NCBI GenBank assembly: GCA_965644295.1 | Contig: CBFFRP010000194.1 | Location: 1-26,466 of the forward strand | DNA: 26,466 nt | DNA from: Paraphysomonas bandaiensis | Taxonomy: Eukaryota > Protista > Chrysophyceae | Direction: 5' to 3' | Shown here: in pieces, positions 10,819-21,927 of the stretch | How positions within the stretch are numbered: the stretch's first letter is position 1 | Layout of the letters: the number at the start of each line of letters is the position of its first letter | Position numbers and translations under genes: made by a program | The notes under the pieces: model-generated | Database searches by the model: none | What the model was told of the DNA's origin: nothing | What the model saw: only the letters and a program-made list of their open reading frames with translations

Positions 10819-10921
10819 GCAAGCACCAAAGTGCAACCACTTTCGCTCTATTACTCAAAATATTAAGCTAAAGGAGTGACCAAGGAGAATGTTGATATAC
10901 CTGACATCTGCTAACTTCAGG
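10715..10921 (-). repeat. Dispersed repeat family, longer copy
   Basis: Reverse complement aligns to 21518-21735 (CCTGAAGTYAGCAGATGTCAGGTATATCAA...AGCGAAAGTGG...TGGTGCTTGC..TGACGCACAAGCA). Confidence 0.85.
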
Positions 10922-12056
10922 ATTTTTGAGTTCTCAAGGTGAACAGTCCGGATGCTTGACTTCAGCAGGCAGCCCAATACCCCGGATGTCCTTGTGAGGT
11001 GGGCCTATTCCCGGATGCCTGTTTATTCGTCAGGGCCCAAAGACGTCTACACAAGTGACACTTATAGTAGTGTCTCTTGTACCTCACAAGCATTCGGAAA
11101 CGAGTGGGCAGAAACAATATCTGCTGACTATATATGTGGCTCACGTTAGTTTCCCGGAGAAATATCTCCGATACTTATCCCCCAAAACCCCACGAAAACG
11201 TCCGACTTTGTTGAGGACAATGTTATGATTATCTATCAACTCACTCCCGGAATTGCTTTTTACAGTATATATCGCTATTATCTCGTCTCGCTACTAAACC
11301 AACACAGGCTACGTATAACGTTTTACAGTATATATCAGGAGTACCGTTGGAAAAGGAATTTGATATTCGGGACATAATTTTGACTTGTATATTGGGCTCG
11401 AGCACAGTATGTCGATACATTATTGTGTTTGCAGCAGTATCAACGATTTTACTGTGCAAATGATTTTACTGCCTGCAATATCAACGGCCCCATGCGATAC
11501 GGTTATAATATCCAATATGCAAGTCCATTCCATACTTCCTTCTGGGTAGTCAAGATGCGCACGATTTAAATCTTTACTTCCTATATTGTCAAAATGATCG
11601 AAACATACATATCAAAATTAAATATCATTGGGTAGTAACTGAACACGTAGATACGGAGGGCCCGTTTAAAACTGCGACACTGTTTCATGTCAGAACCGAC
11701 AAATCACTGGGTGGTTTTATATACAAGAAGCATTTATACATACAGAAAAGTTCTAAAGCGACGCGAATGATCGCGAGATCGCGAGAGAGTTTTGAGTTTT
11801 TCTTATTTGTAAACAATTGAACGTTTTTTTGCTACTACTGGTTGTGCATAAAATTAGCTACACAACGACAAGTCTGATGTCAGTGACAGGAATCTAAAAC
11901 ATAATTATGCACATAAAAAAAAACTTCCCTCTGAGCTTCCAACTAACTATACTCATTATCAGCGTAAATGATAACAAATATATTATTAACTATATCAATA
12001 GAAAGCTAACTACATTTCTATAATAACACAACTCACTCAATCCCAAACTATACAGG

Positions 12057-13500
12057 CTACTTCGTACGCTTAGACTTTTTCTTCTTTGGCTCAATGTCAT
12101 CGGTATTCTCATCAGTATCCTCAACAAGATCTGGATTGTAGTCACACGGCTTATCTGTTTTCGTCAACATCTGTGCAAGGTATTACATATCAGAATATGG
12201 CAAGTTGTATTTCGTCGGTTCTCACCGCGTTCACATGCTTCGTCATTTGAAACATGGAGAATTTTTTCAATTTAAATACTCTCTCCATGGGCTCATCACA
12301 GATGATATATCTCCTGTCGCTAGGGTCCTGTCTGTCATTTCCCTTAATGTATCTCCATATCAGTTTCATGACATATGATCGTGGCATTACTGAGTATCCC
12401 AATAGTTCACTGAGGGGTGCGGCTAGCTCTACCAAACCCCCGAAAGAACTCGGCCTGCTCTTTCCTGAAAGGAAATTATGAGATCTATAAAAGACAGAGA
12501 CAAAAGGATCAGTGGCGTATTTGGTACCTGCAGAGGTAGAGGAATTCTTCTTAGCCGCTTTATTCGAACCACGCTTCTTGCCGCGTCCAGCTGAGCTGGT
12601 CTCCTCATTATTCACACTATATGCCATAGAATTGCCAATGCCGCTCTGTAGCTCAGATACCGTCTTCATATTCTGTAACAGAGAGCCATCAAAAAGTCAG
12701 CATAATGTTAATCGTCTATTGCAATAAAAGTGACCTGATTTAAAACCTTTGTCATCTGAAACATATCGATTTTGGATCTCCCTAACACCGCCTTTAACTT
12801 CTCGTCGCAAAGTATCTGTTTCCTATTGCTGGGATTCTGCAAATTGTTTTCCTTTATATACGCCCAAACTAATTTAGTCACCTATGAAGAAACCTGTAAA
12901 ATTGGACCATTCTTGCATCCACTTTACCTCCTTACGAGGAAGGACAATCACACCGAGGAAATCGCTTAGCTTATCTGAGAGCTGAACCGGAGCAGAAAAA
13001 CCACCTTCAGTAGCATTACCAACACACAAGAGCACCTTCAGCAGTACCTTTTGCAGCCTTTGGCGCAGGGGTGGGTGATACGGCATCTTCTATCTCCGTA
13101 TTATCGTTCCCGTCTTCTTCATCCTCCGAGGCCGCTTGTCGGTCAAAATATTCCAACAATGCACTCTTGAGGAAGCCCTGAATATATACAGACATACACA
13201 TACATATATAAGTGACGTATATACATACGAAGTATATCTGCATACACATCTACATATAATAGACATATCCACATATATAGGCACCACTAGAGTCACCTTT
13301 TCTGCGTCAAGATTCCAGTTATGCTGTTGTTCAAGCTACAAAGCTGTTAATAACATGTCTATCTTTATATATATACAGATATAGGAACCCACCTCCCTCT
13401 TGAGGTCCTTCGTAGTTACACTCGATGCATCTACTTTAGATAACCACTCAAACACAGCCTCTCGTATAGCATCTTCACTTGGCGGAGCACTGTCTGACAT
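12057..13500 (-). CDS. DEK-C plus two SWIB/MDM2 domain protein (UAF30/Spp27/TRI1-like), multi-exon
   Basis: Exons ~13500-13393, 13335-13297, 13177-13048, 13004-12928, 12881-12735, 12672-12226 (possible in-frame intron 12527-12465), 12170-12057, all GT-AG. Motifs: DEK-C-like SVTTKDLKRELEQ; SWIB LSDKLSDFLG..PRKEVTKLVWAYIKENNLQNP..ILCDEKL; second SWIB ..IWRYIK..QDPSDRRYIICDE; basic tail PKKKKSKRTK*. Confidence 0.9.
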
Positions 13501-13598
13501 GAGTTTGTTCTTGTATGTGTGGAGGTGTGAGGGAAGAGTGAATGATGTGAGTGTTATATGAGTGAGTTCATGGCGATGAGTGCGACAGAGTACATGTG

Positions 13599-13600
<2 letters not shown>

Positions 13601-13630
<30 letters not shown>

Positions 13631-14038
13631 TGTATGTATGTATGTATGTATGTATGTATGTATGTATGTATGTATGTATGTATGTATGTATGTATGTATG
13701 TATGTATGTATGTATGTATGTATGTATGTATGTATGTATGTATGTATGTATGTATGTATGTATGTATGTATGTATGTATGTATGTATGTATGTATGTATG
13801 TATGTATGTATGTATGTATGTATGTATGTATGTATGTATGTATGTATGTATGTATGTATGTATGTATGTATGTATGTATGTATGTATGTATGTATGTATG
13901 TATGTATGTATGTATGTATGTATGTATGTATGTATGTATGTATGTATGTATGTATGTATGTATGTATGTATGTATGTATGTATGTATGTATGTATGTATG
14001 TATGTATGTATGTATGTATGTATGTATGTATGTATGTA
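13601..14038. repeat. (TATG)n microsatellite, ~109 units
   Basis: Uninterrupted tetranucleotide run. Confidence 0.99.
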
Positions 14039-14113
14039 GCCTTGTATGCTTGTATGGTATTGCTATTTATGCATTTTGTTCATCTTCTCCACTAAACGCA
14101 ATCCTTTTCTCCA

Positions 14114-16026
14114 ATGTCGAGTGGAGCACCCATGTCCATATCAGTGGACCGGACAGTAGTGTCTCTAGTATTATCTGGGGCTGTGTGTGTGGGCGTCGGT
14201 CTAGTTATGAGCCACTATCTTCTACCCCCTCCCTCTCCTAGATGCACCTGCTGCTCACCTTTACCTCCCAGAGAACAGGAGAAGAAATCTCAAAGAGAAG
14301 GAAACGAAACAGGCTCATCCATGAGAAGATCTGACTCGTTCGTCTGGGCCAGTGGTCGGCCTATAGTCCGAGTGGTCATAACAGGAGTATCTGCTGCACT
14401 TCCTGGACCAGATAAGCCGGCATTTACTCCCGGAGTGAATAACATTCACAGAATAATCGATGGGGAATCATTTATTCATCAGGTACCTACTTCTGTAAAA
14501 GATTCAATGCTCGAGAAAAATGTCGTTTTAGTAAAAAAGAATAAGAGTACTGGTGCTGTTGACCAGAAAGTGCGCATTTCAGCACACGAACATAACATCA
14601 ATTTGTGTGCGAGCATCGGTCAGCAGCTGGATCTTCAATCGTATGGTGTGCCTGCAGGAATTTGCAATACGATGGACCGTGCAGTGCAGGTAGCTGTTGC
14701 AGCTGGCCTCGAGGCTCTCAAGGACGCAGGTATAGTTACTGGGGAAGGACAAGGAACAGAAGGATGGGTATTGCCTGAGCATTTACAGCAGAGTACTGGC
14801 ATAGTCTATGCAACGTCGTTCCCAGCACTGGACACTGCCATATCAGAAGTCACCAAGTTCTTCCGATCTCAGGCGGCAAGGAAAGGGTGCGCAACTGGAC
14901 TTCTGTCTTCTCTACGGGACCGGATGAAGGAGCAGCTTCAAGTTGATACATTACCCCAGGAAGCTGTGGAAGCCCTGGAAAGCTTGAGAATTCTTGCAGA
15001 GTCGGCCCCTTCGTCATCCGATGAACAGGAAGTTTACGAGTTTGACCGCAAGTTCCTCTTCCGCGTGCTTGTCCTAGGTAATGCTCAGCTGGCGCAGATA
15101 GTGAAGGCACGAGGACCCAATATGCAAACTAATGCCGCTTGTGCTGGGTCCACTCAGGCGGTGGCCCTTGCCCACGATATGATTCAGCTGGGTCGTGCGG
15201 AACGCATGATTGTTGTTGCCGGAGACAACGCCTCATCTGATGACCTCATGCCGTGGCTGGGTAATGGGTTTCGAGCACTTGGAGCGGCAACAATTGCCTC
15301 TCGTGTAGAAGATGGGGCACTGCCGTTTGATGCCCGACGAACGGGTATGATTTTGGGATCTGGAGGGGTAGGAATGGTGTTGGAGAGTGAGGAGGGCGCT
15401 CGCAGGAGACATCTGATGGCAATGAAGTATGGACACGGTCATGGTCCTGCGCAGAGACCTGCTTTCAAGTGCCGTCTTCTTGGAACGCTGTATTCCAATT
15501 CCGCTTATCATGGTGCGGCGCTCGACAGAAAGCATATTGCAGAGGAGATGGAGAGATTTATATCCACCGTGGAAAGAGAGCATAATATATCTAGGAGTGA
15601 AATTGCCCGTCATGGTGTTTACTTCAGCCACGAAACATCTACGAATGCCTCACCAAACGCATCGTGTGCCAGCAATGAGGTAGTAAAATTTTATTCGTTT
15701 GTTCTGTATTAACATAGGATACATTGATACAGTTGTACGGACTTAGAAAGGTATTTGGTGATGACTTCAAGCACCTTTTAATCCTTAACACCAAAGGGTT
15801 CACGGGACATCCTATGGGCGTCTCATTTGAGGATGTAGTTGCTGTTGAAGTTCTCGCCACTGGCAGAGTACCAGCGATTGCCAATCTGACCCAAGTTGAT
15901 CCCCATTTAGGCTCTGATCTGAAATTGAGCAGAGGTGGTAGTTACCCGTGCAAATATGCTATAAGGTTTGCTGCCGGATTTGGAAGCCAGATTGCCCTTG
16001 CTCTATATGGAGGTGCTAGCACTTAG
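14114..16026 (+). CDS. Stand-alone beta-ketoacyl synthase (KS) with N-terminal hydrophobic anchor, 619 aa; join(14114-15679,15733-16026)
   Basis: VVITG start motif, MDRAVQVAVAAGLEALKDAG, catalytic NAACAGS, PFDARRTGMILGSG, HETST, NTKGFTGHPMG, terminal GFGSQ. A 53-nt GT-AG intron joins the two ORFs in frame. Confidence 0.9.
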
Positions 16027-16259
16027 TGTACGGATCGAAATGAGCTTATGGATGCTCATATCATTCATTTCAGTTGTAGTTAAAGTCTAATGTTAGACTT
16101 AGAGTTTACCGTATTTTTGATTAAATTCTGATATTCCTGCGAAGGCGTGATGTATATGAGTGGTATTGCCTGATAAAAACCCATGTGGCGTGTTCAATGT
16201 ACAGACGATTTGCTAATTTTGATGTCTTTAACTCGAATTAAATTCATTTAGGATTTGTA

Positions 16260-16495
16260 TGTTGGAGAATGCTCATTCTTTAACTAGATCTCAGAGAGAA
16301 TTTGTCGTTAGACTAGATAGATTAATTAATATCGTTTACACGAATTGTGACAAACAACACAATCTCAGTTTGCTTCACGCATAATTTCCTACATGTGTGA
16401 ATCTCTCAATCTCTCGGTACTAAACATATCTTGAAAGATCAAACTATTTCAGTTTCTCGTTGACATACTATCCACTATAAATTAATATTTTAACA
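16260..16495 (-). mobile_element. Diverged solo LTR related to the copia family
   Basis: Aligns to 4660-4953 from the exact TGTTG boundary, lacks ~60 bp internally, and ends ATATTTTAACA (TG...CA termini). No PBS or internal sequence adjacent; no clean 5-bp TSD. Confidence 0.85.
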
Positions 16496-16590
16496 TATAT
16501 AAACGAAACAAATTAAGACCACATCAGTACAAATAGAAATGAATTCGTACTATGCAGTAGAGTAAAAGTCAAAACTATGTCGCAGCTTTC

Positions 16591-18009
16591 TCACTCGCCT
16601 TCCATACTACAGTACAAGTCCTGCAGTCCCCACCCTGACATGAACTGACAAGGCATCAATGGCAGTGTCTTGCCTTGAACCTGACAATGACACAGTGAAG
16701 TGTCAAAACCATGCGTGAGGCATAAGGATGGTACTACACCTTTCTGTTATCGTGTGTACCCTCCTCATACTCCACGAATTTACCTTCCTTACTGCCAAGT
16801 CGCATGTATAGCATATGACCACAGTAAGGAAGTCTCTCGTCATGATGATAAACTGCTACACCACCCCAGAGTCCAACCAGTGGACGCCGGCTCACCTGCG
16901 CGGCCTGCTCGCAGTTTAAATCCTAAAAATTAAAAGAAGCTGTTTGCATACCTCAGTGGCAAATGAGCTTGCGTAAGTGTGAATTATGAGATCGCTCTTA
17001 GAGAGGAGGAGCCACTCGACTAAGGCAACCAACATACCGTCCTTGGTGCTGCGGCTAAGATCGCCGCCCTGTAGAGCCACAGCATTGTCATATGTCCTGA
17101 CAAGAAGCATTTACAAAAAGCCATATTTAAGTAACATGGTATACAGTACTCACTCCATCAGGTGTGATTTCACGGCGTCATCATTTGAGGCAATAAAGAA
17201 TTTGTATGCGGCAGTCCCCCCTGCACTGTAGCCGAGAGCTTTGTCAATTCCGCTCATCTGACGTTTAAAGTCTGACACCCGTGCATCTTCCACTCCAAAG
17301 GCACTTGCTCGAAATTTTCCTGTAGAATTTTCTCATAATGTGCCCATACTACGACATATCTACACAGACCTGGCCCCGGTGGGACTATCTCCCAGTCAAA
17401 GTCTGGGTTATGCATACGAACGTGTACACCTATCATCAGCCTGTCTTCAAAGTGCTGCATAACTTCTTCCACAATCTCCAACACATTAGATGTTGGAACT
17501 AATGTCGAGTAGAAAGTTGAATGTAGAGACAAGTATTGTTGGCACGGAACCCCACGCAGTGCGACCACACCGTTGTAATCTGTGTACACCACATTTACTT
17601 CTGATGCGACTATAGTTTCATCTATAAAAAAGTCGAAGTCTTCACCATCATCAATAACATTAGAAAAAGTTAAGTTGTTTTCCTCTGCCATTACTCGCAC
17701 TGCTCTACTGGTGTCACTGTATATAAGGGGCTCTCCAATGACTCGAAAATTAGAAGGACCCTTTACGAACATATCCAAAAACGATATATTACAGTCCACA
17801 GATGGGACCCAGTTTAAAAGAAGGGTTCGTTTCGTGAATTTGGCTATCTGGTACCAGTCAGCAAGTGCACGAAGTCTATTAGCAAGTCCCAATCTATCGC
17901 TCTGCACGACCAAGTAACGGTCCTGTCCATCACCATATATTGCACTTGATTGTGATATAATCTGAGATAAGAGGTTTAATAAGAGGATTAGGGTGAAGAT
18001 CACATGCAT
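16591..18009 (-). CDS. GT-B fucosyltransferase-like protein (alpha-1,6/O-fucosyltransferase motif family), 5 exons
   Basis: Signal/anchor MHVIFTLILLLNLL; GLANRLRAL; IGVHVR; FFIASND; ALVEWLLLSKSDLIIHTYASSFATEAA. GT-AG introns join the fragments; ends LYCSMEGE*. Confidence 0.8.
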
Positions 18010-18440
18010 GGGGTCTTCTTGCAACTAGGGATAGGTGTGATGAGATGTGATGGAACTGGTTTGCAGTAATGCATCAATTTAAAGATGATGTTGTGTACCT
18101 ATGCATACAAACCATACCTAGATACTGTACCTATGTACATACATGTATATTGACGACATAACCCTACTGTAAGTCTAGTAGTACAGGTCCAACAGTACAT
18201 ATCCAGCAGTACAGGTTTAGACATCTACAAATACACATACATATATACATATACATAGACACTACTGTGTATAATGTACTGCAGTGTTCCATATCTCGCT
18301 CTATTAAATAGTCCAGCCATACACCATGCAGTCACCTTGAAACTATACAATATCTACACATTCCAATTACTCAAGTAAGTGTTTCATAACCATCTCAGAA
18401 CTACAGTATCCCTCTCGTAGATAGAGGACTAGCTACATAG

Positions 18441-19130
18441 ATGTCAGTCACTGTATTCAGAGTAGTGCTGTTGTTATATATTACATACAGCTGTAGTTGT
18501 ATAATGTTTGATCGATTAGAAGTATTTACATCACCTAAACCACGAAATTCATGGAAAGGATATAAATTAACGGGATTAGCTCGTACTATAGGTGGGGCAC
18601 TTGTTATTGGTGGTAGTGCTGCTGCAGGATTGCAAGCTGTGACTATGTGTAGACAACTAGCTGATTCACGGGTATCAGCTCAAAGGGGAATTATTGACAG
18701 ATTAAATAGGATTCAAGGAGATAATTATGAACTCCAGCAATCTTTAAGGAAGTTACAGTCACTACATTCTGGTAATATGACATATTTAAAGGCAGCTATT
18801 AGCCACCAAAAGTCAGTAATTATGCAATTTGCTGACCAATGTGAGCACCGGATTTTGCAAGTTCGGAGTGCTGTTGATGAATTAGAAAAAACATATAATG
18901 ATAGCATGTTACAGTTTGAGCAATTTACGGAGCAGCTAGTCAACGACGACGAAAAAAAGTTTGCAGCGTTTCGTGATCAGTTGTCGTTAGAAGTGGACAA
19001 CCTCAGAGCAGTTGTAAATGAACTGAAGGACTCTTTTCCTGAGCTGATTAAACTAAGCGACGAGAAGCTTATTTCTGAGTTTAATGTATTTCGTAAAAAT
19101 ATTGAAACATTGGTGTCTCTTAAAAAGTAA
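18441..19130 (+). CDS. Hypothetical membrane protein with coiled-coil C-terminus (229 aa)
   Basis: Long ORF in AT-rich DNA with a hydrophobic N-terminus, a Gly/Ala-rich second hydrophobic segment (IGGALVIGGSAAAG) and a heptad-like remainder. Confidence 0.7.
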   Translation: MSVTVFRVVLLLYITYSCSCIMFDRLEVFTSPKPRNSWKGYKLTGLARTIGGALVIGGSAAAGLQAVTMCRQLADSRVSAQRGIIDRLNRIQGDNYELQQSLRKLQSLHSGNMTYLKAAISHQKSVIMQFADQCEHRILQVRSAVDELEKTYNDSMLQFEQFTEQLVNDDEKKFAAFRDQLSLEVDNLRAVVNELKDSFPELIKLSDEKLISEFNVFRKNIETLVSLKK

Positions 19131-19563
19131 TGTACTAAGTATTCTCGTGTCCATTTGATTGCTTCGTAACAATAACACAATGGCAGCTTGCTGGGGGCTG
19201 ATGTTCCCACTTTAGTGATGGTAACCAGTAACTAGAGTTGTCATCATGACTAATTCTGTATTATTATTATTTATTTACAAAGGAGTTATTTCGAAACTAT
19301 ATTCATGATTCATGTATTCAATATTCATTAGTATCCAGTACATTTTCGTCGATTCATATTAGTATCTATTGTCAAAGTACAAGCTGATAATAGAATTCGC
19401 ATGTTTTACCAGAGGGAATCTGATGTGACAGCAATAACTTACGCTGCAATCTGTCCTTAGTATCACAACTAGAAGTGTACTGAGTGTAATACGTACTGAT
19501 AACAGTTGCCCAATTTGAACAAGTCTGATCGAGCATTATCAATGGAGGTGTAAGATTGTAACT

Positions 19564-19712
19564 GCCCCATTCCGAGGGCGTGGCTATAGTGTAAGCTGGC
19601 TGGTGCACCACCTAAAAAAACACGCTGAGATTTTTATTAATAATCTATACGTTACTTAGCTTAGTCAACACTAGCACTTCACTAGGGTACGCTCTCAGAA
19701 TCAGAATGGGGC
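19564..19712. mobile_element. MITE family A, copy 1 (149 bp)
   Basis: TIR GCCCCATTC...GAATGGGGC; near-identical to 21315-21455. Confidence 0.85.
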
Positions 19713-19735
19713 ATATACATTTGGAGGCAAACCAA

Positions 19736-19780
19736 GTTCTGTACTGCTGTACTATTGTTCTGTACTGCTGTACTATTGTT
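19736..19780. repeat. 21-bp tandem duplication
   Basis: GTTCTGTACTGCTGTACTATT x2. Confidence 0.9.
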
Positions 19781-21200
19781 AATGACATTAATGAAAAATG
19801 TATTATAATGGCATTAATGAAAAATGTCCCGGCAATTATAATGGCCATTAATACCTACTAACTTAAAGTAGACAGCACCACTCATATAATAGATAGTGTT
19901 GTGCTCCCTAAATAACTAATTTTTAGTTAAATATCAGACTACAAATTTTAACTACTTCTCGCTCTCTACTGGCACATCAGAATTTTCTTACATGGAGGGC
20001 TTACAGGGCTTTTCCGATTGCAGCATACATTGTCGCAGGCCATCTCGCAGGAGGTATGGGGGCAGGCACTGCAGGAGTGCTGCAGCAAAAGCAGCAGTAG
20101 GCTCAGCATATCTACTGCTCTTAACTTTTATGGCTTACGATATTCGTCGACAGCAGGAGCGACGGAACCAGGAAGACTAAAACACGGATCATCGTAAAGA
20201 TCTCGTGCACTTGTCATAAATCAATATCAAATTGTGTAGCCCCAAGATATATCCAATCAGCCCCAAGAAATGTTGTTAACTATACCTTCATAATAAACTG
20301 CGGTGCAGAATATATATAATCTGTGTAATTTATAATTTAATGCTTTTTGGATACAGTTCAGGAGAAAATGTTGTTCACTATTCCTGATATCTAGCAACTA
20401 CCCAATCAATCTCGCACGATGGAACCTAGGGCATTAGTAACTAAACCAACTCTTCCCAGCAAAAAAATAGAATGAGTACAATAACATCATAGAGTTCATT
20501 GGAGAGAGAAGTGTATGAAAAAGTTACCAACTTAAGTAGTTATTGCTGTTTACAAGCACTTTCTCTTCAAGAGTCTTAGAATATTTAAAATAATATATTA
20601 TCCCCATTTTGACTAAAAAAAGCTTTGTTTTGACCTGATTTTGTCTCAACATAGCGCTCATATCAGCACAGGTAAAATATAGACATTCAACTTCAATATT
20701 CGGTTCAACAGAAGCTCACTTCTATCTTTGTAGTAGTGAAATTGACAGTCATATGTATGTGATTTTATTATACAACACAATTAGAAAGTAGCCACAATCA
20801 TAAGCCGACTACATAAGTGTATTGTATATTGCGTATAAAAGTGATGATGATGCTAATTAAGGCATTGCCTTTCGTGCGACTACCACTGTTCATATTCATC
20901 ATCACACTTATGTACGAAATTCAACACCTCACAGTTGATATTCCCTCAGTATCCTTCTATGGTAAGAGTACATTTGTTGTAGCTATTATATATAGAAATT
21001 TGGGGGTTTATTGTTTTGAGTTGATCTATAGTGCAATTTCTATATTCTCAAAGCATATACAGTATACACATTTAATATGTATTCTCATTTCTATTTTCTT
21101 AATGTGAATCAGGAACACCTACTTCTTACTACAGAAAGCAAGCTACTAATAGCTATACAATCTAATATTTTCAACATCATGAGGATAAGCTACAATTTAA

Positions 21201-21293
21201 CCTAGGGATAAGGAGTATCGTCCCTTGTTTAAATTTTAAAACTCGATTCAAAATTTTGAACGCGGGACGATATAGCCTCCTTATTGCCCGTGG
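21201..21293. mobile_element. 93-bp foldback MITE with TTAA flanks (piggyBac-like)
   Basis: TTAA|CC...GG|TTAA; paired blocks ATAAGGAG/CTCCTTAT, TATCGTCCC/GGGACGATA, AAATTTT/AAAATTT. Confidence 0.7.
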
Positions 21294-21314
21294 TTAAATA
21301 TAACTATATATAGT

Positions 21315-21455
21315 GCCCCATTCCGAGGGTGGCCATAGTGTAGGCTGGCTGGTGCACCACCTAAAAAAATACGCTGAGATTTTTATTAATAATCTATACG
21401 TTACTTAGCTTAGTCAACACTAGCGCTTCACTAGGGTACGCTCTCAGAATGGGGC
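21315..21455. mobile_element. MITE family A, copy 2 (141 bp, AGT TSD)
   Basis: 15-bp TIR with 2 mismatches; AGT on both sides (21312-21314, 21456-21458). Confidence 0.88.
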
Positions 21456-21517
21456 AGTAGCTATCTAGTATTTTATAATATTGGTTGGTAGTGGTGCCGA
21501 TATATATAATATTATTC

Positions 21518-21738
21518 CCTGAAGTCAGCAGATGTCAGGTATATCAATATTATGCTTTGCCACTGCGTTTGATTTTTGCTTTGAGTGATATAGCGAAAGT
21601 GGTGGCACCATGGTGCTTGCCGTGACGCACAAGCAGCTTTTGTAGCTTTAAATAGTAGGATATTAGAGTTACACACAAGTTAGTTAAATGAGTTCTGACT
21701 CTTACACGCCTATTGCTAAAATCAGACATTCACTACTA
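21518..21738 (+). repeat. Dispersed repeat family copy
   Basis: Aligns with the reverse complement of 10715-10921 and with 10223-10330. Confidence 0.85.
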
Positions 21739-21927
21739 TATTATTAATTATTATGGTGTGACAGTGAAGGTCATTTTATTATAGGTGAGTACCTAGTTCA
21801 GTTACTCGATTTAAGAAATCCTAAATCTCAAATCTCGATATTATTACAATATATCTTTGAAACCAAAACAGCTATTCGACTGTAAATATGTGCAGCAAAT
21901 AGTAAATGACACAGTAAAATCGAAATT

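Noticed and set aside
10304-11459. Small ORFs and repeated CCGGATG motifs right of the LTR
   Set aside because: No recognisable domain; they overlap repeat DNA or are too short to support a call.
13005-13047. 43-nt intron with AAG|GT at both ends as a possible introner
   Set aside because: Matches the ordinary splice consensus, and no similar intron occurs elsewhere in the window.
13558-14241. Three ORFs encoding (MYVC)n
   Set aside because: Artefact of the stop-free (TATG)n microsatellite, open in all three frames.
14114-18009. KS plus glycosyltransferase as a biosynthetic gene cluster
   Set aside because: Convergent neighbours among housekeeping genes with no other pathway genes; adjacency alone is not evidence.
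19372-21107. Short ORFs and a weak hairpin (~20499-20570) in the intergenic region
   Set aside because: Non-ATG starts or low-complexity translations, overlap with MITEs, and an imperfect single-copy stem.
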